Origin: an uncultured Oscillospiraceae bacterium
GTDB taxonomy: Bacteria; Bacillota; Clostridia; Christensenellales; Aristaeellaceae
Assembly: GCA_964345215.1 (NCBI GenBank)
Contig: CAYFQH010000003.1
Coordinates: 4,324-68,323 of the forward strand
Length of the DNA: 64,000 bases
Reading direction: 5' to 3'
The translations under genes were made by a program, and so were the position numbers. Shown one piece after another: positions 37,334 to 48,062 of this stretch (the first letter of the stretch is position 1; every line of letters begins with the position of its first letter). The notes beneath the pieces are model-generated. The model did no database searches and was not told the origin of the DNA. It was given only the letters and a program-made list of their open reading frames with translations.

Positions 37334-38167
37334 ATGGCTATTCGCGTATATAAGCCGACTACGCCCGCCCGGCGCTTTATGTCGGTACTGACCTATGAAG
37401 AAATTACCAAGAAAAAACCAGAAAAATCTTTGCTTGAGCCAATGAAAAAGCACGCTGGCCGTAACAAGCAAGGGAAGATCACCGTTCGTCACCGGGGCGG
37501 CGGAAACAAAACCCACTACCGTATTATTGACTTTAAACGCAACAAGCTGGAAGTGCCGGCAAAAGTTGCCGCCATTGAATACGACCCAAACCGTTCCGCC
37601 TTTATCGCCCTTTTGTTTTATGTAGACGGCGAAAAAAGGTACATCTTAGCCCCCCAGGGGCTGAAGGTGGGAGACAAAGTTGTATCCAGCGAAAGCGCTG
37701 ACATCAAGGTGGGCAACTCCCTTCCGATTGCAAACATTCCTGTAGGTACTTTGATTCACAACATTGAGCTTAAGCCGGGCCGCGGCGGCCAGTTGGTCCG
37801 CTCTGCCGGCAACAGTGCCCAGCTGATGGCAAAAGAAGGAGGCTATGCCCTGCTTCGTCTGCCCTCTGGCGAAGTGCGGAAAGTACCCCTAAACGGCAGA
37901 GCCACCATTGGCGTTGTGGGCAACCACGATCATGAAAACGTTCGCATTGGTAAGGCCGGCCGTGTTCGCCACATGGGCAGGCGCCCCAGCGTTCGCGGTG
38001 TTGTAATGAACCCCGTTGATCACCCGCATGGCGGCGGTGAAGGAAAATCTCCTGTAGGTATGCCCGCGCCGCTAACACCCTGGGGAAAACCTGCACTAGG
38101 TATGAAAACACGCAAACATAAAAAATATTCTAACGATATGATTGTAAAACGTGCGGGTGAAAAATAA
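37334..38167 (+). CDS. rplB: 50S ribosomal protein L2
   Basis: Sequence (HPHGGGEG) and operon position. Confidence 0.98.
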   Translation: MAIRVYKPTTPARRFMSVLTYEEITKKKPEKSLLEPMKKHAGRNKQGKITVRHRGGGNKTHYRIIDFKRNKLEVPAKVAAIEYDPNRSAFIALLFYVDGEKRYILAPQGLKVGDKVVSSESADIKVGNSLPIANIPVGTLIHNIELKPGRGGQLVRSAGNSAQLMAKEGGYALLRLPSGEVRKVPLNGRATIGVVGNHDHENVRIGKAGRVRHMGRRPSVRGVVMNPVDHPHGGGEGKSPVGMPAPLTPWGKPALGMKTRKHKKYSNDMIVKRAGEK

Positions 38168-38200
38168 GCACGAACCTAGTAGGAAGGAGGCAGTCAACTC

Positions 38201-38479
38201 ATGAGCCGTTCAGTTAAAAAGGGACCTTATATTAGCGCAGTACTGTTAAAGCGCGTAGAAGAAATGAACAATTCCGGCAAAAAAACAGTGCTCAAAACCT
38301 GGTCAAGAGCTTCTACTATTTTTCCGGATTTCGTAGGCCACACCATCGCCGTACATGATGGGCGCAAACATGTGCCGGTGTATGTAACGGAGGATATGGT
38401 TGGTCATAAACTAGGCGAATTCGCACCCACGCGGACCTTCCGGGGCCACGCCGGGGATAAGGCTAGTGGCCGAAAATAA
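38201..38479 (+). CDS. rpsS: 30S ribosomal protein S19
   Basis: Sequence and operon position. Confidence 0.98.
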   Translation: MSRSVKKGPYISAVLLKRVEEMNNSGKKTVLKTWSRASTIFPDFVGHTIAVHDGRKHVPVYVTEDMVGHKLGEFAPTRTFRGHAGDKASGRK

Positions 38480-38500
38480 TAGGGAAGGAGTGAGTACCAG

Positions 38501-38884
38501 ATGGCAAAAAACACAAAAGAAAAAGCACTGGCCCGTGAGGCTAACCGCGACAGGCGCCCTCAGGCCCATGTGAAATATGTTCGGATCTCCTCCCGTAAGG
38601 TGAAGATCGTGCTTGACTTAATTCGCGGAAAAAATGTGGACGAAGCATCAGCCATTTTAATGTATACCCCCAAAGCCGCATCACCGGTATTGCTAAAACT
38701 TTTAAACAGTGCCATTGCCAATGCGGTAAACAACCAGGATATGGACCGAAGCGCCTTATACGTGGCCGAAGTTTATGCCAACCAGGGGCCTACATTAAAA
38801 CGATACCTTGCAAGAAGCCGCGGAAGCGCAGCCCCCATTTTAAAACGCACCAGCCATATTTCGATTGTGCTGGATCAAAAGTAA
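38501..38884 (+). CDS. rplV: 50S ribosomal protein L22
   Basis: Sequence and operon position. Confidence 0.97.
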   Translation: MAKNTKEKALAREANRDRRPQAHVKYVRISSRKVKIVLDLIRGKNVDEASAILMYTPKAASPVLLKLLNSAIANAVNNQDMDRSALYVAEVYANQGPTLKRYLARSRGSAAPILKRTSHISIVLDQK

Positions 38885-38905
38885 TCTGAAGGAGGAGGTT
38901 ATCAA

Positions 38906-39580
38906 ATGGGTCAGAAAGTGAACCCACACGGCGCTCGTGTAGGCGTTATATTCGACTGGAGTACACGTTGGTATTCCGGAAAAAAAGATTTTGCGAACAA
39001 CCTCGTTGAGGATTACAACCTTCGCAAAATGTTAAAAGAAAAGTATTATACAACAGGCATCAGCCGCATTGATATTGAAAGAAGTGCCAACCGCATTACT
39101 GTAAATATCTTTACCGCAAAGCCTGGTATGATTATTGGCCGCGGCGGCGCAGGGATTGAAGCCCTTAAAAAAGACATTGATAAAATGTTGGGCCGCCCCG
39201 CTCAGTTAAATGTAATGGAAATTAAAAACCCCGACACCGACGCTCAACTTGTAGCCGAGAATATTGCCCAGCAACTGGAGAAGCGCATCAGCTTCCGCCG
39301 TGCGATGAAACAATCCATTCAGCGCTCGATGCGCGCGGGTGTAAAGGGAATTAAAACAGCTGTTGGCGGCCGGTTAGGCGGCGCAGACATTGCTAGAACC
39401 GAACACTACCACGAAGGTTCTATTCCCCTGCAAACCCTGCGGGCCAACATTGACTATGGCTTTGCAGAAGCCCATACTACTTACGGCCGTATCGGTGTGA
39501 AAGTTTGGATTTATAAGGGACAGATTTTGCCTAAGGCTAAGCAAGCCCCGGCCCCTGCCCGCAGCGAAGGAGGCAAGTAA
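38906..39580 (+). CDS. rpsC: 30S ribosomal protein S3
   Basis: Sequence (MGQKVNPHG) and operon position. Confidence 0.98.
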   Translation: MGQKVNPHGARVGVIFDWSTRWYSGKKDFANNLVEDYNLRKMLKEKYYTTGISRIDIERSANRITVNIFTAKPGMIIGRGGAGIEALKKDIDKMLGRPAQLNVMEIKNPDTDAQLVAENIAQQLEKRISFRRAMKQSIQRSMRAGVKGIKTAVGGRLGGADIARTEHYHEGSIPLQTLRANIDYGFAEAHTTYGRIGVKVWIYKGQILPKAKQAPAPARSEGGK

Positions 39581-39583
39581 CCC

Positions 39584-40030
39584 ATGTTAATGCCCAAAAG
39601 AGTGAAACGCCGTAAAGTGTTTCGTGGCCGGATGAAGGGAAAAGCTTCCCGCGGCAATCTCATTGCTTATGGTGAATTTGGTTTGGTGGCAGCAGAACCT
39701 TGTTGGATCACAAGCCAGCAAATTGAAGCAGCCCGTATTGCAATGACCCGTTACACTAAGCGTGGCGGACAAGTATGGATTAAAATTTTTCCCGATAAAC
39801 CTGTAACTGAAAAACCTGCTGAAACACGCATGGGATCGGGCAAAGGTTCACCGGAATACTGGGTAGCAGTTGTAAAGCCCGGCAGGGTCATGTTTGAAAT
39901 TGCCGGCGTTAGTGAGGAAGTAGCCAGAGAAGCGCTGCGTTTAGCCTCCCATAAGCTGCCCCTAAAAACCAAGTTTGCCAAAAAAGAAGATTTGGCGAAG
40001 AAGTACGAAGCGGGTGGTGATAGTAAATGA
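39584..40030 (+). CDS. rplP: 50S ribosomal protein L16
   Basis: [12 protein letters not shown]-terminus and operon position. Confidence 0.98.
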   Translation: MLMPKRVKRRKVFRGRMKGKASRGNLIAYGEFGLVAAEPCWITSQQIEAARIAMTRYTKRGGQVWIKIFPDKPVTEKPAETRMGSGKGSPEYWVAVVKPGRVMFEIAGVSEEVAREALRLASHKLPLKTKFAKKEDLAKKYEAGGDSK

Positions 40031-40224
40031 AGGCAAAAGAGTTTGCAGCAATGAACCAAGAACAGCTGAATGAAAAGGTGAATGAGCTGAAAAGCGAGCT
40101 ATTCAACCTTCGTTTCCAACTCGCCACTGGCCAGTTGGAAAACACGATGCAGATTTCTTATGTAAAAAGAGATATTGCCCGTGCCAAGACCGTCCTACGT
40201 CAACTGGAACAAAAACAGGCTTAA
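40027..40224 (+). CDS. rpmC: 50S ribosomal protein L29
   Basis: Sequence and operon position. Confidence 0.97.
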   Translation: MKAKEFAAMNQEQLNEKVNELKSELFNLRFQLATGQLENTMQISYVKRDIARAKTVLRQLEQKQA

Positions 40225-40251
40225 AGTTTGTGAAAGGAGGCAACCGCTTCA

Positions 40252-40512
40252 ATGTCTGAACAAAGAGGAATTAGAAAGAGCCGCATAGGTGTTGTGGTAA
40301 GCGACAAGATGGACAAAACCATCGTTGTATCCATCAAAACCCGTGTCCGCCATCCCTTATATGGGAAAATTATGAATCAAACAAGCAAATTAAAAGCCCA
40401 CGATGAGAATAACCAGTGTGGTATCGGCGATACTGTACGGGTTATGGAAACCAGGCCCCTTAGCAAAACCAAGCACTGGCGCCTAGTTGAGATCATCGAG
40501 AAGGCTAAGTAA
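40252..40512 (+). CDS. rpsQ: 30S ribosomal protein S17
   Basis: Sequence and operon position. Confidence 0.97.
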   Translation: MSEQRGIRKSRIGVVVSDKMDKTIVVSIKTRVRHPLYGKIMNQTSKLKAHDENNQCGIGDTVRVMETRPLSKTKHWRLVEIIEKAK

Positions 40513-40539
40513 TGAGCCGTCGTAAAGGAGGAAGTTTCC

Positions 40540-40908
40540 ATGATCCAGCCGCAAACGCGACTTAAGGTGGCCGATAACTCCGGCGCCAAAGAAATTATGT
40601 GCATCCGCGTGCTCGGCGGTTCGTTCCGCCGTGATGGCTCCATTGGTGATATTATTGTGGCAAGTGTTAAAAGCGCAAACCCTGGTGGCGCTGTTAAAAA
40701 GGGTGACGTAATCAGAGCGGTTATCGTTCGCACCCGTAAAAACCGCCGCAGACCCGATGGAAGCTACATCAAATTTGACGATAACGCAGCTGTTATCATC
40801 AATGACCAAAAAATGCCCCGCGGAACCCGTATATTCGGACCTGTAGCCCGTGAGCTGCGCGAAAAAGATTTTATGAAAATTGTTTCGCTGGCTCCTGAAG
40901 TATTATAA
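40540..40908 (+). CDS. rplN: 50S ribosomal protein L14
   Basis: [17 protein letters not shown]. Confidence 0.98.
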   Translation: MIQPQTRLKVADNSGAKEIMCIRVLGGSFRRDGSIGDIIVASVKSANPGGAVKKGDVIRAVIVRTRKNRRRPDGSYIKFDDNAAVIINDQKMPRGTRIFGPVARELREKDFMKIVSLAPEVL

Positions 40909-40923
40909 GGAGGTGTAACGATT

Positions 40924-41262
40924 ATGCATGTTCGTTCAAATGATCAGGTCGTTGTCATCTCCGGAGACAACAAGGGACAACAAGGAAAAATTTTAACTGC
41001 CTATCCTAAAACAGGCAGAGTGATTGTTGAAGGCGTTGCATTGGTAAAAAAACACCAAAAGCCACGCCGTCAGGGAGAAGCTGGGGGAATTATTACGAAG
41101 GAAAGTACTATTGATGCCTCCAACGTAATGCTAATTTGCCCCAAATGCTCCAAACCGACCAGAGTAAACCACGCAAAGGCTGAAATGGAAGGAAAAGATG
41201 GAATTAAAAAAATGAAGAGCGTACGAGTATGTAAAAAGTGCGGCGCTCAAATTGATCAGTAA
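40924..41262 (+). CDS. rplX: 50S ribosomal protein L24 (variant with a CxxC...CxxC pair in the C-terminal half)
   Basis: KOW N-terminus. The C-terminal half contains CPKC (27 aa) CKKC. Confidence 0.95.
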   Translation: MHVRSNDQVVVISGDNKGQQGKILTAYPKTGRVIVEGVALVKKHQKPRRQGEAGGIITKESTIDASNVMLICPKCSKPTRVNHAKAEMEGKDGIKKMKSVRVCKKCGAQIDQ

Positions 41263-41276
41263 AGGAGATTCAGCCC

Positions 41277-41819
41277 ATGGCTACCAGATTAAAAGAAAAA
41301 TATTTAGCCGAAGCTGCACCTGCTTTACAGCAAAAATTCGGCTATAAAAACGTGATGCAAACACCAAAACTGGAAAAAGTTGTGATTAACATCGGTCTTG
41401 GTAATGCAAAGGATAACCCGAAAAAATTTGAAGCAGCGGTAAATGAGCTAACGGTTATTTCCGGCCAAAAACCCCTTACGATTAAAGCGAAAAGAAGCGT
41501 AGCTAACTTTAAGCTTCGTGAAGGGATGAATATTGCTACAAAAGTAACTTTACGGGGCAAGCAAATGGAAGAGTTTGTTGATAAACTCATTAACATCGCC
41601 CTTCCCCGTGTACGCGACTTTAGAGGCGTATCCAACAAGGCTTTTGACGGCCGGGGCAACTACGCCTTAGGCATAAAGGAACAATTGATTTTTCCCGAAA
41701 TAAACTACGACACTGTAGAAGAAATTCGCGGAATGGAAATCATCTTTATTACAACAGCAAATACCGATGAGGAATGTAAAGAACTCTTAACCCTCCTTGG
41801 TATGCCATTTGCACATTAA
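41277..41819 (+). CDS. rplE: 50S ribosomal protein L5
   Basis: Sequence and operon position. Confidence 0.98.
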   Translation: MATRLKEKYLAEAAPALQQKFGYKNVMQTPKLEKVVINIGLGNAKDNPKKFEAAVNELTVISGQKPLTIKAKRSVANFKLREGMNIATKVTLRGKQMEEFVDKLINIALPRVRDFRGVSNKAFDGRGNYALGIKEQLIFPEINYDTVEEIRGMEIIFITTANTDEECKELLTLLGMPFAH

Positions 41820-41836
41820 AGGGAGGAGTAAAAGTT

Positions 41837-42022
41837 ATGGCTAAAAAAAGTATGATTATCAAACAACAAAGAGAGCCTAAGTTCTCCACCCGTGCATATA
41901 CACGTTGCCGCATTTGCGGAAGACCTCACGCAGTGCTCCGTAAATATGGTGTTTGCCGTATTTGCTTTAGAGAATTAGCTTATCAAGGTCAAATCCCCGG
42001 CGTACGCAAAGCCAGTTGGTAA
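41837..42022 (+). CDS. rpsN: 30S ribosomal protein S14, type Z (zinc-binding, 61 aa)
   Basis: CRICGRPH...CRICFRE. Confidence 0.97.
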   Translation: MAKKSMIIKQQREPKFSTRAYTRCRICGRPHAVLRKYGVCRICFRELAYQGQIPGVRKASW

Positions 42023-42051
42023 TAGGGGAAGAACGGAAGGAGGTCCATTAG

Positions 42052-42453
42052 ATGCTCGTGAATGATCCAGTTGCCGATATGCTTACCCGCATTCGCAATG
42101 CACAGGTTGCAAAGCATGATGCTGTGTTGGTGCCTGCAAGCAACACCAAAAAAGCCATTGCCAAGATTCTTTTGGCAGAAGGCTATGTAAAAGCAGTAGA
42201 TTATGTAAAAGATGGGTCTTCAAACAATATTAAAATTGTTTTGAAGTACCTTGATGGAAAAAACCAACCGGTTATTGCCGGCTTAAAAAGAATTTCAAAA
42301 CCCGGTTTACGGGTTTACGCAAAATGCAATGACCTGCCTAAGGTTTTAGGCGGGCTGGGTATTGCAATTATTAGTACATCAAAAGGAATTATGACCGATA
42401 AACAAGCCCGTCAAAGCGCCATGGGTGGCGAAGTGATGGCTTATATCTGGTAA
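42052..42453 (+). CDS. rpsH: 30S ribosomal protein S8
   Basis: Sequence and operon position. Confidence 0.98.
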   Translation: MLVNDPVADMLTRIRNAQVAKHDAVLVPASNTKKAIAKILLAEGYVKAVDYVKDGSSNNIKIVLKYLDGKNQPVIAGLKRISKPGLRVYAKCNDLPKVLGGLGIAIISTSKGIMTDKQARQSAMGGEVMAYIW

Positions 42454-42482
42454 TAAACCGACACGTCAATGGAGGTGCGCTT

Positions 42483-43022
42483 ATGTCTAGAATCGGAAAG
42501 CTTCCGATCACAATTCCCGCGGGCGTGACGGTGACGGTGGCAGACGACAACACTGTAACAGTTAAAGGCCCAAAAGGTGAACTGTCCCAGTGGGTCAACC
42601 GTGATATTACCGTTGAGCAGGAAGGCAATGTCCTTACCCTGATTCGCCCGTCCGATGCAAAGCCCCATAAGGCCATGCACGGATTATACCGCAGTTTAGT
42701 TAACAACATGGTTGTTGGCGTAACAGACGGATACTCAAAAACTTTAGAACTGGTTGGTACCGGTTACCGGGCACAGGTAGATGGAAAGAAGTTAACCCTA
42801 AATGTTGGCTACTCTCATCCCGTTGTGTTTGAAGCACCGGAGAATGTCAGTTTTGAAACCCCCGCCGCTACAAAAATTATTGTTAAAGGCATTAGCAAGC
42901 AAGTAGTAGGCAACTTGGCAGCCGACATTCGTGCCGTACGTAAACCCGAGCCTTACCTTGGTAAAGGCATTAAGTACGAAAACGAATATATCCGCCGCAA
43001 AGAAGGAAAAACCGGTAAATAA
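42483..43022 (+). CDS. rplF: 50S ribosomal protein L6
   Basis: [12 protein letters not shown]. Confidence 0.98.
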   Translation: MSRIGKLPITIPAGVTVTVADDNTVTVKGPKGELSQWVNRDITVEQEGNVLTLIRPSDAKPHKAMHGLYRSLVNNMVVGVTDGYSKTLELVGTGYRAQVDGKKLTLNVGYSHPVVFEAPENVSFETPAATKIIVKGISKQVVGNLAADIRAVRKPEPYLGKGIKYENEYIRRKEGKTGK

Positions 43023-43040
43023 GAAAGGGAGTGAACGCAG

Positions 43041-43409
43041 ATGTTTAAAAAGCTTGACCGGAATAAGAATCGTGCTATCCGTCATGCTCGGATTCGTAAA
43101 AAAATCAGCGGCACCCCCGAAATGCCGCGTCTGTGCGTTTTTCGCAGTACAAATCACATCTATGCCCAAATCATTGATGATTTAAAAGGGCATACCTTAG
43201 TAGCTGCTTCAACGATTGACCCTCAATTAAAGGGACAGCTTGAAGAAGTAGATAAAAAAGGTGCCTCAAAACTTGTGGGCAAGCTTATTGCCGAGCGAGC
43301 TTTGCAAGCGGGCATCAAATCAGTAGTGTTTGATCGGGGCGGTCATGTTTATACCGGCCGTGTTGAACAGTTAGCTGCTGGTGCCCGTGAAGCGGGTCTG
43401 GAATTCTAA
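43041..43409 (+). CDS. rplR: 50S ribosomal protein L18
   Basis: Sequence and operon position. Confidence 0.97.
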   Translation: MFKKLDRNKNRAIRHARIRKKISGTPEMPRLCVFRSTNHIYAQIIDDLKGHTLVAASTIDPQLKGQLEEVDKKGASKLVGKLIAERALQAGIKSVVFDRGGHVYTGRVEQLAAGAREAGLEF

Positions 43410-43426
43410 GAGAAGGAGGAAGAGCT

Positions 43427-43924
43427 ATGCAACGCTACGAGCAGCCCAGCGAGTTTAAAGAAAGATTAGTATCTGTAAACCGCGTTACCAAAGTTGTAAA
43501 AGGTGGTCGTAACTTCCGTTTTGCCGCATTGGTAGTGGTTGGTGATGAGAATGGCCGTGTAGGAGCAGGGCTTGGTAAAGCCACTGAAATTCCTGAAGCC
43601 ATTCGCAAAGCCGTTGAAGATGCAAAAAAACACTTAATCAACGTATCTTTAGATGGAACAAGTATCCCTCATGAGTCAACAGGATATTATGGCACAAGCA
43701 AAGTTGTTCTGCTTCCTGCCCCGGAAGGTACAGGTGTTATCGCCGGTGGCGGAACCCGTGCAGTATTGGAACTGGCAGGTGTTCAGGATATTCGTACCAA
43801 ATCTTTTGGCAGCAGCAATAAGATCAACGTAGTGAAGTCAACCCTAAATGGGCTGAACCAACTTCGCTCTGCTGAAGAAGTTGCCAGAATGCGCGGTAAA
43901 ACCGTTGAGGACATATTAGGCTAG
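43427..43924 (+). CDS. rpsE: 30S ribosomal protein S5
   Basis: Sequence and operon position. Confidence 0.98.
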   Translation: MQRYEQPSEFKERLVSVNRVTKVVKGGRNFRFAALVVVGDENGRVGAGLGKATEIPEAIRKAVEDAKKHLINVSLDGTSIPHESTGYYGTSKVVLLPAPEGTGVIAGGGTRAVLELAGVQDIRTKSFGSSNKINVVKSTLNGLNQLRSAEEVARMRGKTVEDILG

Positions 43925-43940
43925 AGAGGGGAAAACAAAA

Positions 43941-44123
43941 ATGAAATTAAAAGTAACTTTAAAAAAATCCCCCATCGGCAGCTTGAAAGTCCATATTGAT
44001 ACGATTAAAGCATTGGGGCTTCGCAAAATTGGTCAAACAGTGATCAAAGAAGATAACCCCTGCATCAGGGGACAAATATTCCGCGTAAAACATATGGTTT
44101 TAGTGGAAGAAATTAACGAGTAA
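43941..44123 (+). CDS. rpmD: 50S ribosomal protein L30
   Basis: Sequence and operon position. Confidence 0.95.
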   Translation: MKLKVTLKKSPIGSLKVHIDTIKALGLRKIGQTVIKEDNPCIRGQIFRVKHMVLVEEINE

Positions 44124-44137
44124 AGGAGGGGAAGCCC

Positions 44138-44578
44138 ATGAAATTGCATGAATTAAAGCCTGCCGCAGGTTCTACTGCCACTCCAAAACGGTTGGGTCGC
44201 GGCACAGGATCTGGATTGGGAAAGACCTCCGGTAAAGGGCACAAAGGCCAACTGGCACGTTCAGGCGGCGGGAAAGCTCCGGGCTTTGAAGGGGGTCAAA
44301 TGCCTTTAACCCGGCGTGTGCCCAAAAGAGGATTTACCAATATTTTTTCTAAAAAATATGCTACTGTAAACGTGGAGCGCCTTAACATTTTCGAAGACGG
44401 AGCTGTAGTTACCGTGGAATCCCTCATTGGAGCCGGTTTAATCAAAAAAACTTTAGACGGCGTAAAAATTCTGGGTGATGGCGAACTAACCCGGAACTTA
44501 ACTGTGAAGGCCACCAAGTTTACAGATTCTGCAAAGGAAAAGATTGAGGCACTCGGCGGGAAAGCCGAGGTGATTTAA
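44138..44578 (+). CDS. rplO: 50S ribosomal protein L15
   Basis: Sequence and operon position. Confidence 0.97.
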   Translation: MKLHELKPAAGSTATPKRLGRGTGSGLGKTSGKGHKGQLARSGGGKAPGFEGGQMPLTRRVPKRGFTNIFSKKYATVNVERLNIFEDGAVVTVESLIGAGLIKKTLDGVKILGDGELTRNLTVKATKFTDSAKEKIEALGGKAEVI

Positions 44579-44580
44579 CC

Positions 44581-45843
44581 ATGTGGGAAACGTTACGGAA
44601 TGCATGGAGCGTAAAGGATATACGAAAGAAGATTCTGTATACATTTTTCATGCTGCTGATCTTCCGCCTTGTAGGGGTTATTCCCGCGCCCGGCATTGAC
44701 AACGCAGCGGTTAAAGCCAGCCTTGGAATGGAAACACTGCCCATTTTCGGCGTGTTAAATATGATGACAGGGGGCGACTTCTCCCAGATGACCGTTATGG
44801 CCATGGGTATCTCTCCTTACATCAACGCTTCCATTATTATGCAGCTGCTAACCATTGCCATCCCGGCTCTGGAGCGAATGCAAAAAGAAGGCCAGGAAGG
44901 CCAAAAAAAGATCAACCGGATTAGCCGCTATGTAACCATCGGCCTGGCTGTTGTTCAAGCAATCGGCTTGGCCGCCGGCCAACGGTTTATTTTGCCGGGT
45001 TGGCAAAACTACGTGCTGGTTGGCTTAAGTATGGCCGCCGGTACAGCACTGGCTATGTGGATTGGTGAAAATATTACCGAAAAAGGCATTGGAAATGGTA
45101 TTTCCCTTCTCATCTTTGTAGGTATTATTTCTAACTTGTTCTCAGGCTTTGTAAATCTGTTTGCCAATGCTTTTGCTGCAACCAGCATCGGCCCTTGGCT
45201 TAGCCTCTTAGGCGTAGCTGCTGTAACCTTGGTGATTGTTACAGCCGTTACCTTTGTTGAACTGGGTGAGAGAAGAATACCCGTTCAGTATGCAAAGCGG
45301 GTTGTGGGACGGAAAATGTATGGGGGCCAAAGCACCCATATTCCACTAAAGGTAAATGCTACCGGCGTTCTGCCTTTGATTTTCGCCTCCTCTTTCCTAG
45401 CCTTTCCTGGAACGATTGCCCAGTTGGTTGCCCCTGGCAGCGGCGCTGCAAAATGGTTCTCGGCCAACATGAGCCAAACTTCATTTTGGTATAATCTGAT
45501 TATGTTCCTGCTGATTATTGCTTTTGCTTATTTTTATAAGTCCATCAGCTTTAACCCTCAGGATATCGCAAAGAATATTCAACAACAAGGTGGGCTTATT
45601 CCTGGCATCCGTTCAGGAAAGGCCACTGTAGATTTCTTAGCCAGGTCAAGTAACCGCCTCACTTTGTTTGGTGCCTTGTTCCTTGGCATTCTGGCAACCT
45701 TGCCAGGCTTTCTTCTGGTGGCTTTGGGACTGCAAATTCCCTTTGGCCCCTCATCTATGCTCATTGCAGTAAGTGTTGCCCTTGAAACCATGCGTGAGAT
45801 TGAAAGCCAGCTGGTAACAAGAAACTACAAAGGATTCTTATAA
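44581..45843 (+). CDS. secY: preprotein translocase subunit SecY
   Basis: 10-TM SecY sequence and operon position. Confidence 0.98.
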   Translation: MWETLRNAWSVKDIRKKILYTFFMLLIFRLVGVIPAPGIDNAAVKASLGMETLPIFGVLNMMTGGDFSQMTVMAMGISPYINASIIMQLLTIAIPALERMQKEGQEGQKKINRISRYVTIGLAVVQAIGLAAGQRFILPGWQNYVLVGLSMAAGTALAMWIGENITEKGIGNGISLLIFVGIISNLFSGFVNLFANAFAATSIGPWLSLLGVAAVTLVIVTAVTFVELGERRIPVQYAKRVVGRKMYGGQSTHIPLKVNATGVLPLIFASSFLAFPGTIAQLVAPGSGAAKWFSANMSQTSFWYNLIMFLLIIAFAYFYKSISFNPQDIAKNIQQQGGLIPGIRSGKATVDFLARSSNRLTLFGALFLGILATLPGFLLVALGLQIPFGPSSMLIAVSVALETMREIESQLVTRNYKGFL

Positions 45844-45854
45844 AATCAATTTTA

Positions 45855-45892
45855 TCCATCATAGGTTTTGAGCAGTCAAAACCTATGATGGA
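45855..45892 (+). other. perfect 15-bp stem-loop between secY and adk (no U-tract)
   Basis: TCCATCATAGGTTTT-GAGCAGTC-AAAACCTATGATGGA. Confidence 0.6.
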
Positions 45893-45926
45893 CAACCCTG
45901 TTTAAAAACTAGAAGGAGGGGTATAG

Positions 45927-46556
45927 ATGAATATTATTTTCTTAGGACCTCCCGGAGCAGGCAAAGGGACTCAGGCTCAGAAAGTATGTGAAGCCTTGGG
46001 CATTCCACAAATTTCTACCGGTGATATTCTTCGCCGCTCCATAGCAGAGAAAACCCAAGTAGGCTTGGAAGCAAAGAGTTACATGGATCAAGGCAAACTG
46101 GTTCCCGATAGTGTTGTCATTGCCATTGTAAAACAGCGTCTAAATGAAAAAGATGCACAAAAGGGCTACCTGCTGGACGGGTTCCCTAGAACGGTGCCCC
46201 AGGCCCAGGCACTAAATGAAATTACTACCATTGATATGGTGATAAACATTAAAGTGGCAGACGAGAAGTTGGTTGCCCGCCTATCAGGCCGGCGGGTTTG
46301 CTTACACTGTGGAGCCACATACCATGTAAGCATGCTAGACGGCCAAACTCAGTGTAGTGCTTGTGGAAAACCATTGGTTCAGCGAGACGACGATAAGGAA
46401 GACACTGTTCGTAACCGCTTGAAGGTATACCATGAACAAACGGCCCCCTTGGTTGATTTTTATCAAAAAGAAGGCAAACTCCAGTCTGTTGACGGAGATC
46501 GTCCCATGGACGAAATTCTAAAAGACATTTTAACCTTGTTAGAGGCGGCGCAATGA
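45927..46556 (+). CDS. adk: adenylate kinase (zinc-lid type)
   Basis: GPPGAGKGTQ P-loop. LID with CLHC...CSAC. Confidence 0.97.
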   Translation: MNIIFLGPPGAGKGTQAQKVCEALGIPQISTGDILRRSIAEKTQVGLEAKSYMDQGKLVPDSVVIAIVKQRLNEKDAQKGYLLDGFPRTVPQAQALNEITTIDMVINIKVADEKLVARLSGRRVCLHCGATYHVSMLDGQTQCSACGKPLVQRDDDKEDTVRNRLKVYHEQTAPLVDFYQKEGKLQSVDGDRPMDEILKDILTLLEAAQ

Positions 46557-47338
46557 TATACCTAAAAAATCCGCAGCAGATCGATAAAATGCGTATTGCG
46601 GGGGAAAAGCTATATCAGGTTTTGCAGGAGTTAAAGCGGGTTATTGCCCCGGGCATGACTACCGCCCAGCTGGACACCTACGCCCATGAATTGATCTTAA
46701 AGCAAAAGAGTCTTCCTTCTTTTTTAAATTACCACGGTTACCCGGCCAGCCTGTGTACTAGCGTTAACGAAGAAGTGGTTCATGGCATCCCCAGCGAAAA
46801 GATTGAACTAAAGGCAGGGGACATTCTCAGCATTGACTGCGGCCTTGTTTTTGAAGGCTGGCAGGCAGACAGCGCCTTTACGGTGGGTATTGGCCAGATC
46901 AGCCAAGAGGCGAAGGAACTGATTGCCCATACAGAAAAATGTTTTTGGCTAGGGGCTAAGCAAGCCATTACAGGGAATCGGGTGGGCGATATTGGCCATA
47001 CGGTACAAAGCTATGCAGAAAAGCAAGGCTACGGGGTTGTACGGGATTTGACGGGCCATGGTATTGGACGCAGCTTACATGAAGACCCCAGCGTACCTAA
47101 CTTTGGCCAACAAGGCCATGGTATTCGCCTGCGAAAGGGCATGACCATCTGCATTGAGCCCATGATTACCGCCGGAAACTGGATGGTGGAAGAAATGCCA
47201 AATGAATGGACTTTTTCCACTGTGGATAAGAGTTTGGCGGCCCATTATGAACACACCATTGCCATAAATGAAAAAGGCCTGCCGGAAATACTGACCTTAC
47301 CAGGTTTCACTTGGGAGGAGGCAGGGGATGCAAGGTGA
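46553..47338 (+). CDS. map: type I methionine aminopeptidase
   Basis: Sequence and operon position; ATGA overlap with adk. Confidence 0.95.
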   Translation: MIYLKNPQQIDKMRIAGEKLYQVLQELKRVIAPGMTTAQLDTYAHELILKQKSLPSFLNYHGYPASLCTSVNEEVVHGIPSEKIELKAGDILSIDCGLVFEGWQADSAFTVGIGQISQEAKELIAHTEKCFWLGAKQAITGNRVGDIGHTVQSYAEKQGYGVVRDLTGHGIGRSLHEDPSVPNFGQQGHGIRLRKGMTICIEPMITAGNWMVEEMPNEWTFSTVDKSLAAHYEHTIAINEKGLPEILTLPGFTWEEAGDAR

Positions 47339-47627
47339 TGATTGTTGCCCTGGCCGGATTGTTCTTTCAATCAAAGGGCGAGACAAAGGCCGATATTTTA
47401 TCATTATGGCCCTGGCAAGCCGGGACCGGGTGATGGTAGCCGATGGGGTAACCCATAAAATTCAAAAGGTAAAAAAGAAGAACATCAAGCATTTAAAAGC
47501 AACACCCATTATATGCGAAGAGATGCAAAAGGCCCTTGAAGAAAAAGTCTTTTTAGATAACAGCCACATCCGTAAAGCTTTACAAATAAGGGGATACGGA
47601 ACTGATAAACCACAAGGAGGAATGTGA
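47328..47627 (+). CDS. KOW-domain RNA-binding protein (YbzG-like)
   Basis: [21 protein letters not shown] motif, in the conserved slot between map and infA. Confidence 0.75.
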   Translation: MQGDDCCPGRIVLSIKGRDKGRYFIIMALASRDRVMVADGVTHKIQKVKKKNIKHLKATPIICEEMQKALEEKVFLDNSHIRKALQIRGYGTDKPQGGM

Positions 47628-47629
47628 CA

Positions 47630-47851
47630 TTGTCCAAAAGTGATATCATCGAAATGGAAGGACAAGTAGTTGAAACACTGCCCAATGCGATGTTTTTGGT
47701 AGAATTACCCAACGGACACCGTATTACAGCCCATATTTCGGGCAAAATGCGGATGAACTTTATACGCATCTATCCCGGAGACAAGGTGACAATTGAACTT
47801 TCTCCTTATGATTTAACTCGGGGAAGGATTACATGGCGGGCCAAGGGCTAA
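47630..47851 (+). CDS. infA: translation initiation factor IF-1
   Basis: S1-like sequence. The TTG at 47630 lies 9 nt after GGAGG; the GTG at 47624 is too close to the RBS. Confidence 0.95.
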   Translation: MSKSDIIEMEGQVVETLPNAMFLVELPNGHRITAHISGKMRMNFIRIYPGDKVTIELSPYDLTRGRITWRAKG

Positions 47852-47893
47852 AAAGCGTTGGCCATTACGAAAGGGAACAAGGAGGAATAGACC

Positions 47894-48007
47894 GTGAAAG
47901 TAAGATCTTCTGTTAAACCAATTTGTGAAAAATGTAAAATCATTAAACGAAAAGGTCGCATTATGGTTATTTGCGAAAATCCAAGACATAAACAAAAGCA
48001 AGGATAA
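47894..48007 (+). CDS. rpmJ: 50S ribosomal protein L36 (37 aa; absent from the ORF track)
   Basis: Translates to [40 protein letters not shown] start after GGAGGA. Confidence 0.95.
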   Translation: MKVRSSVKPICEKCKIIKRKGRIMVICENPRHKQKQG

Positions 48008-48027
48008 CCACAGTTTTTTAAAACCTG

Positions 48028-48056
48028 TTTACGGGCTTTAAAACATGTGGTATAAT
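48028..48056 (+). promoter_or_regulatory. internal promoter candidate for the alpha (rpsM) operon
   Basis: TTTACG, 17 nt, TGgTATAAT (extended -10). Confidence 0.5.
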
Positions 48057-48062
48057 GTATAG

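Noticed and set aside
40377-40809. Long antisense ORFs (108-118 aa) inside rpsQ/rplN, and similar ones across the ribosomal cluster.
   Set aside because: They lie entirely within highly conserved ribosomal protein genes on the opposite strand. This is typical shadow-ORF behaviour, with no start signals.
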